Positions 8,566 through 17,267 of a DNA stretch of 55,045 nt are shown piece by piece (position 1 is the stretch's first letter; the number at the start of each line of letters is the position of its first letter). The DNA comes from Chitinimonas sp. (GTDB lineage: Bacteria > Pseudomonadota > Gammaproteobacteria > Burkholderiales > Chitinimonadaceae). The translations under genes and the position numbers were made by a program. Below the pieces are notes generated by a model. That model searched no databases. It was given only the letters and a program-made list of their open reading frames with translations, and was not told the origin of the DNA. The DNA lies in NCBI RefSeq assembly GCF_041904975.1, contig NZ_JAYRLZ010000001.1, positions 1-55,045 of the forward strand, in the 5' to 3' direction.

Positions 8566-9744
8566 TCATTCGCTGGCCTCATACAGCACGGTGCAATTGC
8601 GCCCGCGCTCCTTGCCCCGGTACAAGGCGGTATCGGCTTGCTGCAGCAGTTCATGAATGCTGTTGCCGGCCAGGGGCTCGGCCAGGGCGATGCCTATGGT
8701 GACGGTGACCACCCCGAGCGGGCTGGCGGCATGAGTAATGGCTTGGGCCTCGACCGCTTCGCGCAGGCGTTCGCAAAGGGTCAGCTGCATATCGCGAGCC
8801 GGCATATACCAGGCCAGGACAAATTCCTCGCCGCCATAACGGGCGGCCACATCGAGCGGGCGACGCGCCTGTTCGGCGATCAATTCGGCCAGGGTGCGCA
8901 ATACCGTATCGCCGCCGCCATGGCCGTAGTGATCGTTGTAGGCCTTGAAATGGTCGACATCGATCATTGCTACCGCCAGCCAGCCGTCTTCGCGCATGGC
9001 CTGACGCCATAGCCGCTGCAGCTGGGTATCGAGGCTGCGACGGTTATACAGACCGGTGAGGCCATCGCGTTCCGCCAGCTCGCGCAACAAGCCATTCACC
9101 AGAAAGGTGGTACGGGTGCCGTATTCCATGATGTAGCTGCCGAGGGCACCAATCACATTGGCGGCGAACATGAAGATGGCGTGATAGGTACGGATTTCCA
9201 GACTGGGTTGCAGCCAGGATTCGGTCAGCACCAGGCTGATGCCGATCACCGAATTGACCAGCAAGGCACGCCACCAGCGCAAGCCGACAATGAAGTAGAT
9301 GAACAGGCACACCAGCAGCATGCCTTCATAGGGCATATCACTGCGCAGATACAGGGCGGCACCGATGGTGGCGACACTGCCAAGGCCGGTGATCAGGCAC
9401 ACCACGGTAATGATGGCATGCACATGGCTGCGCCAGCGTGGCTCGTGCGAGGCCCACAGTGCAATCACCAGACTCGGCACAATCAGGCCAAGACGGAGGG
9501 AAATGGTCCAGTTGGCCACATAGGCGGGCAGGGAGGTGAAGTCGAATACCGAAAACAGCACATAGAGCGATAAGGCCAGCAGGGCTGACAGGCGCAGATG
9601 CCCCAGATGGGTTTCGGTATGGAAATGCCGGAATTCGGCTTCCAGCCGGCGCTGGAAGCGCAAGCGCCGATAGCCGTCGCGCATGGCGCGCTGGTACGGC
9701 GATCGTGGGTTTTCGCTCGGCAAGTTATGGTCGGGCAGCAGCAT
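8566..9744 (-). CDS. Membrane-anchored diguanylate cyclase (GGDEF)
   Basis: About 6 TM helices, then DGLTGLYNRR, DVDHFKAYNDHYGH and ARYGGEEF; RPLD I-site upstream of the GGEEF motif. Confidence 0.92.
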   Translation of the reverse strand: MLLPDHNLPSENPRSPYQRAMRDGYRRLRFQRRLEAEFRHFHTETHLGHLRLSALLALSLYVLFSVFDFTSLPAYVANWTISLRLGLIVPSLVIALWASHEPRWRSHVHAIITVVCLITGLGSVATIGAALYLRSDMPYEGMLLVCLFIYFIVGLRWWRALLVNSVIGISLVLTESWLQPSLEIRTYHAIFMFAANVIGALGSYIMEYGTRTTFLVNGLLRELAERDGLTGLYNRRSLDTQLQRLWRQAMREDGWLAVAMIDVDHFKAYNDHYGHGGGDTVLRTLAELIAEQARRPLDVAARYGGEEFVLAWYMPARDMQLTLCERLREAVEAQAITHAASPLGVVTVTIGIALAEPLAGNSIHELLQQADTALYRGKERGRNCTVLYEASE

Positions 9745-9854
9745 GCGTCGGGTTCAGCGGTCGGGCAAGGCTGCAGTGTAGCTGCGATGGGGGAAGAAAC
9801 CACCCGGCGCCGCCCGAGCTTTTGCAGCTGAGGACAAAACGCCACAAACCATGA

Positions 9855-10283
9855 CTACTGGGCACGACCGACGATGGATGCGGTGGCGATCAGCTCCTTC
9901 AAGAGCGCCATTGAAGCTGCACCCGAGCAGTTGAACGGGTTCAGACCGGACGTCTCGGAGTATTTGAGCAGGATGCAGGGGTTGATCTTCTCCATATTCA
10001 CCTGCCCCATGGTCCAGCCGGCAAATTCGCGCTCGGCGATTTCCTCGTAGTGCAAGAGTGTCACGCCACGATGGCGCGCATCGCTGCAAATCTGCGCATA
10101 CAGCTCCGATACGGCATCCCGGCCGCCTTCCAGCACCTGCATGAAGATATCGCCGCTAAAGCACAATATGCCGGTAATGCCTTTGGCGGGATTGTATTCG
10201 CGCGACTTGGCAAGGATCGCGTCGATTACCTCAGGCTTCAAAGTCTGGTTGGAGCGGCTGGCGTACAGCAGACGAACAAGCAT
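9855..10283 (-). CDS. Stand-alone BLUF blue-light sensor
   Basis: LLYAS (Tyr), N...GITGIL, FMQVLEG (Gln), D-RH and FAGWTM (Trp/Met). Confidence 0.92.
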   Translation of the reverse strand: MLVRLLYASRSNQTLKPEVIDAILAKSREYNPAKGITGILCFSGDIFMQVLEGGRDAVSELYAQICSDARHRGVTLLHYEEIAEREFAGWTMGQVNMEKINPCILLKYSETSGLNPFNCSGAASMALLKELIATASIVGRAQ

Positions 10284-10448
10284 TTCATACTCCCGAATCT
10301 GGACTTGACCTGTCCCGGTAACTGGTCAGCCGCAAGGCAGGCCAGGGAACAAGCATTCATGGTAGACCCTGATCTTGCTAGGGTGCCGCGTGGTTCCCGC
10401 TTGCGACTCAGCCTGGCACCGTGGCAGTGGCACAGCGACTTGCCCGTG

Positions 10449-11150
10449 TCAACGTTTTTGATCGATCAAGGACAGAAACTCGCGGCGCAGGCTGGCATCT
10501 TTCAGGAAGGAGCCACGCATCACGCTATTGATCATCTTCGAGTCCATATCCTTGACGCCACGCCAGTGCATGCAGAAGTGATCGGCCTCCATCACGATGG
10601 CCAAGCCGTCAGGGCTCATCTTTTGCTGCAGCAGATCGGCGATCTGCGTGACCGCTTCTTCCTGGATTTGCGGACGGCTCATTACCCATTCGGCCAGCCG
10701 GGCGTATTTCGACAGGCCGATCAGATTGGAGTGCTGATTCGGCATGATGCCGACCCACAGCTTGCCGATGATGGGGCACAAATGATGCGAGCAGGCACTG
10801 CGCACGGTGATCGGCCCGACGATCATCAACTCGTTCAGGTGCTCGACATTGGGAAACTCGGTGACTGCTGGAGCGGCGACATAGCGGCCGCGGAAAATCT
10901 CGTTCAGATACATCTTGGCGACACGTCGTGCCGTATCCTGGGTGTTGTGATCGCTATCGGTATCGATCACCAGGCTTTCCAGCACACCCTTGAGCTTTTC
11001 CTGCACCTCGCTGAGCAGCTCGTCCATTTCGCCCGGCTCGATGAATTCGGCGATATTGTCATTGGCATGAAAGCGCCGCTGAGCCTGACGGATGCGCTCG
11101 CGAATGCGGCGCGAGGCGGGCTGGTAGGGTGTTGTGGCGTTTTCGGACAT
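10449..11150 (-). CDS. folE: GTP cyclohydrolase I
   Basis: TARRVAKMY, SACSHH, IGLSK, RPQIQE and HFCMHWRG motifs. Start is approximate. Confidence 0.93.
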   Translation of the reverse strand: MSENATTPYQPASRRIRERIRQAQRRFHANDNIAEFIEPGEMDELLSEVQEKLKGVLESLVIDTDSDHNTQDTARRVAKMYLNEIFRGRYVAAPAVTEFPNVEHLNELMIVGPITVRSACSHHLCPIIGKLWVGIMPNQHSNLIGLSKYARLAEWVMSRPQIQEEAVTQIADLLQQKMSPDGLAIVMEADHFCMHWRGVKDMDSKMINSVMRGSFLKDASLRREFLSLIDQKR

Positions 11151-11241
11151 AAGCTTCTCGGGTCTCTTGGTAGATATCGGGCTCATTATCACCCGGTTCG
11201 CGCCAATTCCCAACCCGCGGCTGTGAGTGGAATATGCGCTA

Positions 11242-11264
11242 AAACCCTGATTCCATCAGGGTTT
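11242..11264 (-). terminator. Rho-independent terminator after the DUF3141 gene
   Basis: AAACCCTGAT-TCC-ATCAGGGTTT perfect 10-bp stem with a T-run on the minus strand. Confidence 0.65.
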
Positions 11265-11270
11265 CATCGC

Positions 11271-13562
11271 TCAGTGAGTGGTCGGTGCCGGCCCTTTGGG
11301 CTTGGCGGGTTTTCGTGGCGTTGCAGTCTTGCTGGCGACTTTGGGCGGAGTCGACGCTGCGCCGTGCGGGCTGGCGTCTGCGGCCGGGGCGGCAGCAAGG
11401 CGCTGTGCATTCAAGCCAAGCAGGGCTTTGATGCGCTGATAGCGCTCGGCCGAGGCGGCGTCGAGCGGGCCGGCGGCGCCTAGCACTTCCAGCACGAAAT
11501 CCATCACCGTCTTGCGCATCAGGCGGTCCGGCAGCAGCTTGGGCAAGCCCTGCAGAGCACGTTCTTCGTCCAGCATCAATACAAAGGACTGACGCTGCAC
11601 CGAATCGCGGTATTCGGCCAGGGTCACCGGCTCGACGCGCTGCTCGGACAGGATGCGACGCATCATATTGAACGGGCGCACGTCGATCACGCCATCGCCG
11701 CGCACATAGGCGATCACGCGTGCAAATGCATCCAGTGCGCCACCGTGGTCGAAGTCATGCAAGGCGGCCTTGATATTCAAGCGTTCCAGCTGGGCGCGCA
11801 GGGAGGTGGGGCTGCGCCGGGCGCGGCGGGCGCCAAGCAGGGTGGTCATCCACGGCGATTCGAACAGATGCTTGAAGGTTTGTTCATGCATCTGGTCGCG
11901 CTGGTCCCGGTAATGATCGAGGCAATCCTCGATCAGGCCGGAAAAGTGCTTTTCCAGTTGGACAAAGGGATTATCGGCTGCGACTTCGGCGCGCTTGTTG
12001 CGAATGGTGTCGGCCATGGCGCCGATCGGCCACAGCCAGGGGTTCAGGTCGGACACGGTGTAGCGTTCTACCCGCGCCGGGTGCAGGGCGCGCAAGGCGC
12101 TGGCGCTCAGGGCATTGCTGAACAGCTTTACCCAGGGCGAAGCAAACTGGTCGTACAGTGCCTGGTTGACTTCGGCAACACGCCTCACCAGCTCGAAGCG
12201 CTTCTCATGCTCGCGCCCATCGCCCAAAGCCAGGATATCGCTGACCTGGCGCGGCTCGAAGCGGATCAGATAACGGCCGTTGATCAGCTCGAGATTGGAC
12301 ATGCCGGGCTGGGTGTCTTCGATCACCGCTTCATACAGGCCAGGCTCCATGGTGTCGATCAGGTCGATGGCGCTGACCAGCTCGGCATGTTCGCGTTGCG
12401 CCACGCCGGCCGACACGAAGATGCCGAGGTGGCCGATATTCTCGTGCAGGCAGTACACGATGGTCTGGCCGTGGGCGCGGATATCCTCGGCATCGGCATA
12501 CAGGTCGGGAATCCAGTTCAGCGCCTGTTGCGGCGGGGTGATGTTGTCGCCCCAGGATGCAAACACGATGATGGGCGTACGGATATTGCGCAGGTCGACA
12601 TGGTGTTTGCCGCCGTCGACGGTGATCTCGCCACCGGTCAGGCGGTTGCCGACAAACAGGTTTTGCACGATCCAGTCGATTTCCTCGCGGTTGAGCAGGA
12701 AATGGCCACCCCACCAGCGCTCGAAGTCGAGAAAGCGCGGCGCCTCGGTGTCGACCTTGGAAAACAGGCGATACGGCTTGCTCCAGTAGGTATTGGCCGG
12801 ATTGAGCTGCTCGAAGTTGTAAACCAGCCAGGCGCCATCGAACTTGCCGTCTCCGAGGTCGCCCATCATCGACGACAGCCAGGTGCCGCCCATCAGCCCG
12901 CCGTTGTAGCGCATCGGGTTCTTGCCTTCGACGCCGGCCCAGTAAGACAGCGGCGTGCCGGCCAACAATACCGGCCCGACCAGGTCTGGCGCCATGGCCG
13001 CCAGCAGCATCAAGGCCCAGCCGCCCTGACAATTGCCGATCACCAGCGGCATGCCCTCGCGTTCCGGATGGCGTTCCAGCACTTTTTTCAGGAAGATCAC
13101 CTCGGCATTGGCAATGCATTCAATGGTCTGGCCGGGCACCGGGTCGGGGAAAAACATCACCAGATAGCAAGGATGGCCGCCGCGCAAGGCAATGCCGATC
13201 TCGCTGTCGATCTTGGTGCCGCCTATGCCGGGGCCATGGCCGGCGCGCGGGTCGATCACCACGAAAGGGCGTTTTTTCGGGTCGGTCGGGCTATCGGCCG
13301 GCGGAATGATGCGCACCAGCGCATAGTTGGCCGGCCGTTCCAGCTCGCGGCCGTCCATCACCATTTCATAGTCGAACACCAGCACGGGGGGATTGCCGGC
13401 GCGCGCATGCTCCAGATAGACATTGCCGCGCTGGCGCAGCACATCGAGCGTGAGGATGCTGCGTTGCAGGCGGTCAAGCAGATAGCTGGCCGAATCGCCC
13501 AGCAGGGCAGGCGGGTGGGCGAAGGGTGCGGGAAGTGTGGGCTGTGTCGGGTGCATGGTCAT
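11271..13562 (-). CDS. DUF3141-type PHA synthase-like alpha/beta hydrolase
   Basis: DPRAGHGPGIGG; GNCQGG (Cys lipase-box variant), GDNITP (Asp) and GHLG (His); K/A/P-rich C-terminal tail. Confidence 0.8.
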   Translation of the reverse strand: MTMHPTQPTLPAPFAHPPALLGDSASYLLDRLQRSILTLDVLRQRGNVYLEHARAGNPPVLVFDYEMVMDGRELERPANYALVRIIPPADSPTDPKKRPFVVIDPRAGHGPGIGGTKIDSEIGIALRGGHPCYLVMFFPDPVPGQTIECIANAEVIFLKKVLERHPEREGMPLVIGNCQGGWALMLLAAMAPDLVGPVLLAGTPLSYWAGVEGKNPMRYNGGLMGGTWLSSMMGDLGDGKFDGAWLVYNFEQLNPANTYWSKPYRLFSKVDTEAPRFLDFERWWGGHFLLNREEIDWIVQNLFVGNRLTGGEITVDGGKHHVDLRNIRTPIIVFASWGDNITPPQQALNWIPDLYADAEDIRAHGQTIVYCLHENIGHLGIFVSAGVAQREHAELVSAIDLIDTMEPGLYEAVIEDTQPGMSNLELINGRYLIRFEPRQVSDILALGDGREHEKRFELVRRVAEVNQALYDQFASPWVKLFSNALSASALRALHPARVERYTVSDLNPWLWPIGAMADTIRNKRAEVAADNPFVQLEKHFSGLIEDCLDHYRDQRDQMHEQTFKHLFESPWMTTLLGARRARRSPTSLRAQLERLNIKAALHDFDHGGALDAFARVIAYVRGDGVIDVRPFNMMRRILSEQRVEPVTLAEYRDSVQRQSFVLMLDEERALQGLPKLLPDRLMRKTVMDFVLEVLGAAGPLDAASAERYQRIKALLGLNAQRLAAAPAADASPHGAASTPPKVASKTATPRKPAKPKGPAPTTH

Positions 13563-13662
13563 GGACGACCTCTTTGATCAGGCCGCTCATGGCAGCACTG
13601 GCTTGGGAAGTGGTTTTTATAGGTAAGCCCGGCCTCGGCCGTGGCAGGTTTGGCAATGCGTA

Positions 13663-13678
13663 TTGTGCATTGCAGCAT
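13663..13678 (-). promoter_or_regulatory. PhaR-like TGC-rich operator
   Basis: ATGCTGCAATGCACAA on the minus strand, about 100 bp upstream of the PhaC-like gene; overlaps a GCAATGC-N7-GCATTGC inverted repeat. Confidence 0.5.
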
Positions 13679-13742
13679 CGGTTTAACCTAGCCATATTCG
13701 TGAACTGGGTCAAGCCAGTCTGCCAAATGGCTCAAGCTGCTT

Positions 13743-14366
13743 TCACTGATCGGCAAAGCGGCCAAGACAGGCTCTAAACGGCTTGCCGCGCTGCGGATAC
13801 TGACGGGAGCAAGCCAAGTAGGCTGCTTCCTCTCCGTCCTCCAGATTCGGAAGTACGCCGAAATACTGTGCAACCAGTGGCTTGAGGCCGGCCAAGGGAA
13901 AGCGGACGTCCATGCCGTGTCCGGTAGTCAGGTAGTAGCGCACGCGCAGGCTCTCGCCATCCATCATCTGCCGCAGCAGGCTGCCGTAACGGGCCGGTGC
14001 ATCGGCGCTGGCGGCGCGCCAGGAAAACAGCTGGCCGTTGGCTGTCATCGGGTACGGGTGGCGCTGCGGGTCTGTGCGCCAGTCGGTCAGTGCCTGGCGC
14101 CCGATTTCGATTTCTGTCCCTTGATCGATCTTGAGGCTGAGCCGTTCCAGATTCAGCTGGATGCCGTTTTTCCCCGGTATGGAAAACATCAGCAACAGAT
14201 CATTCTTGCCTTGCGGATGTAGCCAGGAAAGACGGCTGCCCGAAGGTGCCTCGGCGTAGATGGCAGCCGCGCGCTGATCGGCCGCGTCGGGCTTGCCAAG
14301 GGCAAGTTTCCATTCGGCGTGGGCGGTAGCGCCAGACAGCAGCAGGTATAACACGATAGATCGCAT
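13743..14366 (-). CDS. Hypothetical secreted/periplasmic protein
   Basis: Start reassigned to MRSIVLYLLLSGATAHA, which gives a signal peptide with an AHA cleavage site; fills the gap between flanking genes. Confidence 0.6.
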   Translation of the reverse strand: MRSIVLYLLLSGATAHAEWKLALGKPDAADQRAAAIYAEAPSGSRLSWLHPQGKNDLLLMFSIPGKNGIQLNLERLSLKIDQGTEIEIGRQALTDWRTDPQRHPYPMTANGQLFSWRAASADAPARYGSLLRQMMDGESLRVRYYLTTGHGMDVRFPLAGLKPLVAQYFGVLPNLEDGEEAAYLACSRQYPQRGKPFRACLGRFADQ

Positions 14367-14636
14367 GCAGCAGTTTCTGAGCAATGAATACGGAATGAAT
14401 AAAGGCTGTTTTTGTTGTGCAGACACAACGGCCTCTGGCTGGCGGCAATGCCGGGCGGGGCGGCATGAGTCAGATGCGGCCAGACACCGCTGCGGGCTGC
14501 TAAGCTTGCCAGCACTGCGGTTCACGCATGGCACCAACGCGTCGCCAAGCCGGGCTAGCCGCTCAGCCTGAACCATTCCGCAAAAAATGCCTAGACTGTA
14601 CCGACAGTATTCAATCGGGCGTGTTGCCTTGAGAGG

Positions 14637-17255
14637 ATGATCACTATGCAAGCCCTGCTGCGTAAATCGTACATCGGTCTCGTTGCCATGCTGTGGATGG
14701 CAGCGCCAGCGCTCGCCGACTGGCTACAGGTTTCCAGGACGGTGCCGCAGTGGTTGACTGCCGGTAACGCAGGCACCGTGTATGCGGCTGATACTGCCAG
14801 TGTCTATGTCAGCCTTGATGCGGGCAATAACTGGAAAACCGCTGCCAACCCGCAAATAGGCAGCTTGTCGGCACTGAATTTCAATGCCGGACAGTTACTG
14901 GTCGGCAGTACCGCAAATGGCGCCGCGTTTTCCGGCAATGATGGAGGCAGCTGGACGGTTTCGAACAACGGGCTGATCTTGCCATTGGTCAACAAGGCAT
15001 CGACCATCAACGCGATTGTTGCCCAAGCCGCCGGCAAGGTACTGGCGGCAACTGAAAACGGCGTGTACATCAGTGCTGATGGCGGTGTCAGCTGGAATGC
15101 TTCCAGTACGGGCCTGCCGGTTGGCGGCTCGCCGCCTTTTGTGGTGACGCTTGCGGTGAAAGCGGCAGTGGTTTCGCCCGACAATAAATTGCTGGTGGTT
15201 GGCGGCTCATCAGGGCTGTACAGCAGCGCTGATGGTGGCAACTGGAGCGCAGCGGGTCTTGCGGGCAAGTCGGTCACTGCGCTGTATTCCAACGGCCAGA
15301 CGCTGTATGCGCTGGTCAGCGGCGATGGAATGTATCAATCGACCGATGCGGCCAACTGGAAGCGTATTTCCGCGCTGTCCTTTGTTCCGAGCGCCTTCGC
15401 TGCCAGCGCGGCCTCGCGGCAGCAGCTATTTGCCGGCAATGCCAGTGGTGAAGTCTGGGGTAGCAGCGATGGCGGTGCCAGCTGGACGCAATTGCCAGGA
15501 AGCTTGCCGACCAGCCCGATCAGCACCATGGCCGTTGCCGGCAACAGCGGCGCTACCTTGCTGGTAGCCAATGGCAGTGGCGTCTACCAGTATCAGGCGC
15601 CAGCGATCAGCATACCGGCAATCAAGGATGTGCCCTTGTCAACGGTCATCCTATCGGACGAAATCACCATTACCGGCCTGCTCGCTCCGACTGCAGTCAG
15701 CATTAGCGGCGGCGAGTACCAGATCAATGGCGGTGCTTTCACCAACTCGGCCGGCACGGTGGTAAACGGTTCGCGCCTGCGCCTGCGCCTGACATCGTCG
15801 TCGAGCTTTTCGACGGCGACCACGGCGAACCTGACGGTGGGTGGCAAGAACTATGCGTTTACGGTAACCACCATCAAGCAGACGGTGCTGACATCGGTCA
15901 CCCAGGTGTTGCAGACAGGCGACCCGAATGTGCAAGTGGACAACAGCGGGCGTTTGCTGATTACCGCCTCTCCCACCCAGCCGCTGCAATTGCGCAGTGA
16001 CGCGCCGCCCAATGCGCTGGTAGTCATGCCCAAGAACACCCAGGCGACCATTCAATCGGGTACACAGGTGTTGACCTATGTCGATGTGCAAGGTAACTCC
16101 TTGCTGCAAACGCAGACGGTGGGCGGTCAGCCGGCCTTGCAGGTTGCCAGCGGACGCTTCCAGATCGACTCAAACAGTAGCGGGAACAATCTGCCGGTAG
16201 GCGGGACGGCGAGCAATCCGGCGCTGCTGCAGACCCAATCTGGCCAGACTACGCTGGTTGTCGGACGCAGCGGCTCGCAAACCGATTCGTTCGTGCAGAC
16301 CGGCAAAGTGAACTACAGCAATGGCGGTAGCCCGGTGCCGGTATTCGGCGGGGAAACGCTTAAGGTCAATGAATCCGGGGCCTTGCAAAGCATTGTCATC
16401 GGCTCGATCGACGGTGACCGGAACCTGCCGGGTGACCCGCTCAAGTTGAATAATCTTGATTCCGGAACCCGGATTCCGCTGCTCAATGGCGGCTTGCCGC
16501 GCCTGGCGGGTGGCACTTTGCTCGATGTGCTGCAAAGCGCGTTGAATACCCTGTATGGGGTAACGACGAGCCAGATATCGTACGACGCGACAACCGGCGT
16601 CATCACCTATATCGCCAAGGGAATCAGCTATCACTTCACGCCTATCGGCCAGCCTTTTGTTACCGGTGCAGGTTCCGTTTCAGGCAAAGCCCGTGACACG
16701 ACGGTACCCCCTGTAACCAAGCCAAGCGGAACGTTCACGGTGGCATCGCAAGGCATCAGCATTACCGTGTCGACTTCTCTGGCTTATCTGGGCGATCTGG
16801 ACAAGGCGCTCAAATCGCTCGATCCGGCGGCAAGACTGAGCATGCGCAGCAATGGCAGCTTGAAGATCAGCTTCCTTGGGAGCAGCTATCTCACCATTCC
16901 GGGTGGCATTTACACCGGGGGGGACGGCGTGGCAACGCCGAGCTTTACCACCGATCTGTCGGGCTATCTGGCCTTTGTGGACAGCAGCAAGGCCACCCAG
17001 GTGCTCTACCCGGTGTTCTCCGATATTGCCGTCGGCGACCAGACCATCAAAACGTTCGACCCGGCAGGGGGCGCATCGGAAAACGGTGACGGCACGGCAT
17101 CGGTGGTGTTGCTGGGCGGCAAATATTCGAGCCGGCCCGATTACAGTCTGATACCGGTTCCTGCTGCTCATGCTTCCGAGCTGTTCTGGTCGGAGGGGGG
17201 TAAGTTCTTCTTGCGCTACCCCGACGGCACGGCACAGGGATTCTCATTTTTCTGA
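14637..17255 (+). CDS. Secreted protein: BNR/Asp-box beta-propeller, Ig-like module, FecR-like segment and unknown C-terminal region
   Basis: Signal peptide; repeated SxDxGxxW motifs (SLDAGNNW, GNDGGSW, SADGGVSW, SADGGNW, SSDGGASW); S/T/G-rich beta composition; GAGAGG RBS. Confidence 0.8.
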   Translation: MITMQALLRKSYIGLVAMLWMAAPALADWLQVSRTVPQWLTAGNAGTVYAADTASVYVSLDAGNNWKTAANPQIGSLSALNFNAGQLLVGSTANGAAFSGNDGGSWTVSNNGLILPLVNKASTINAIVAQAAGKVLAATENGVYISADGGVSWNASSTGLPVGGSPPFVVTLAVKAAVVSPDNKLLVVGGSSGLYSSADGGNWSAAGLAGKSVTALYSNGQTLYALVSGDGMYQSTDAANWKRISALSFVPSAFAASAASRQQLFAGNASGEVWGSSDGGASWTQLPGSLPTSPISTMAVAGNSGATLLVANGSGVYQYQAPAISIPAIKDVPLSTVILSDEITITGLLAPTAVSISGGEYQINGGAFTNSAGTVVNGSRLRLRLTSSSSFSTATTANLTVGGKNYAFTVTTIKQTVLTSVTQVLQTGDPNVQVDNSGRLLITASPTQPLQLRSDAPPNALVVMPKNTQATIQSGTQVLTYVDVQGNSLLQTQTVGGQPALQVASGRFQIDSNSSGNNLPVGGTASNPALLQTQSGQTTLVVGRSGSQTDSFVQTGKVNYSNGGSPVPVFGGETLKVNESGALQSIVIGSIDGDRNLPGDPLKLNNLDSGTRIPLLNGGLPRLAGGTLLDVLQSALNTLYGVTTSQISYDATTGVITYIAKGISYHFTPIGQPFVTGAGSVSGKARDTTVPPVTKPSGTFTVASQGISITVSTSLAYLGDLDKALKSLDPAARLSMRSNGSLKISFLGSSYLTIPGGIYTGGDGVATPSFTTDLSGYLAFVDSSKATQVLYPVFSDIAVGDQTIKTFDPAGGASENGDGTASVVLLGGKYSSRPDYSLIPVPAAHASELFWSEGGKFFLRYPDGTAQGFSFF

Positions 17256-17267
17256 TCGGATAGAGCC

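Noticed and set aside
6063-8654. 863-aa minus-strand ORF
   Set aside because: Antisense shadow of pepF and the cupin gene. It has no family motifs, and long antisense frames are expected with high-GC codon bias.
10427-10444. TGGCAC...TTGC sigma-54-like site
   Set aside because: The spacer is 6 nt instead of 5, and the site is on the strand opposite the flanking genes.
11745-13577. 610-aa plus-strand ORF and similar long antisense ORFs (2770-4008, 10050-11483, 33258-35297, 48208-49566)
   Set aside because: All lie opposite well-supported genes and show typical shadow-ORF composition.
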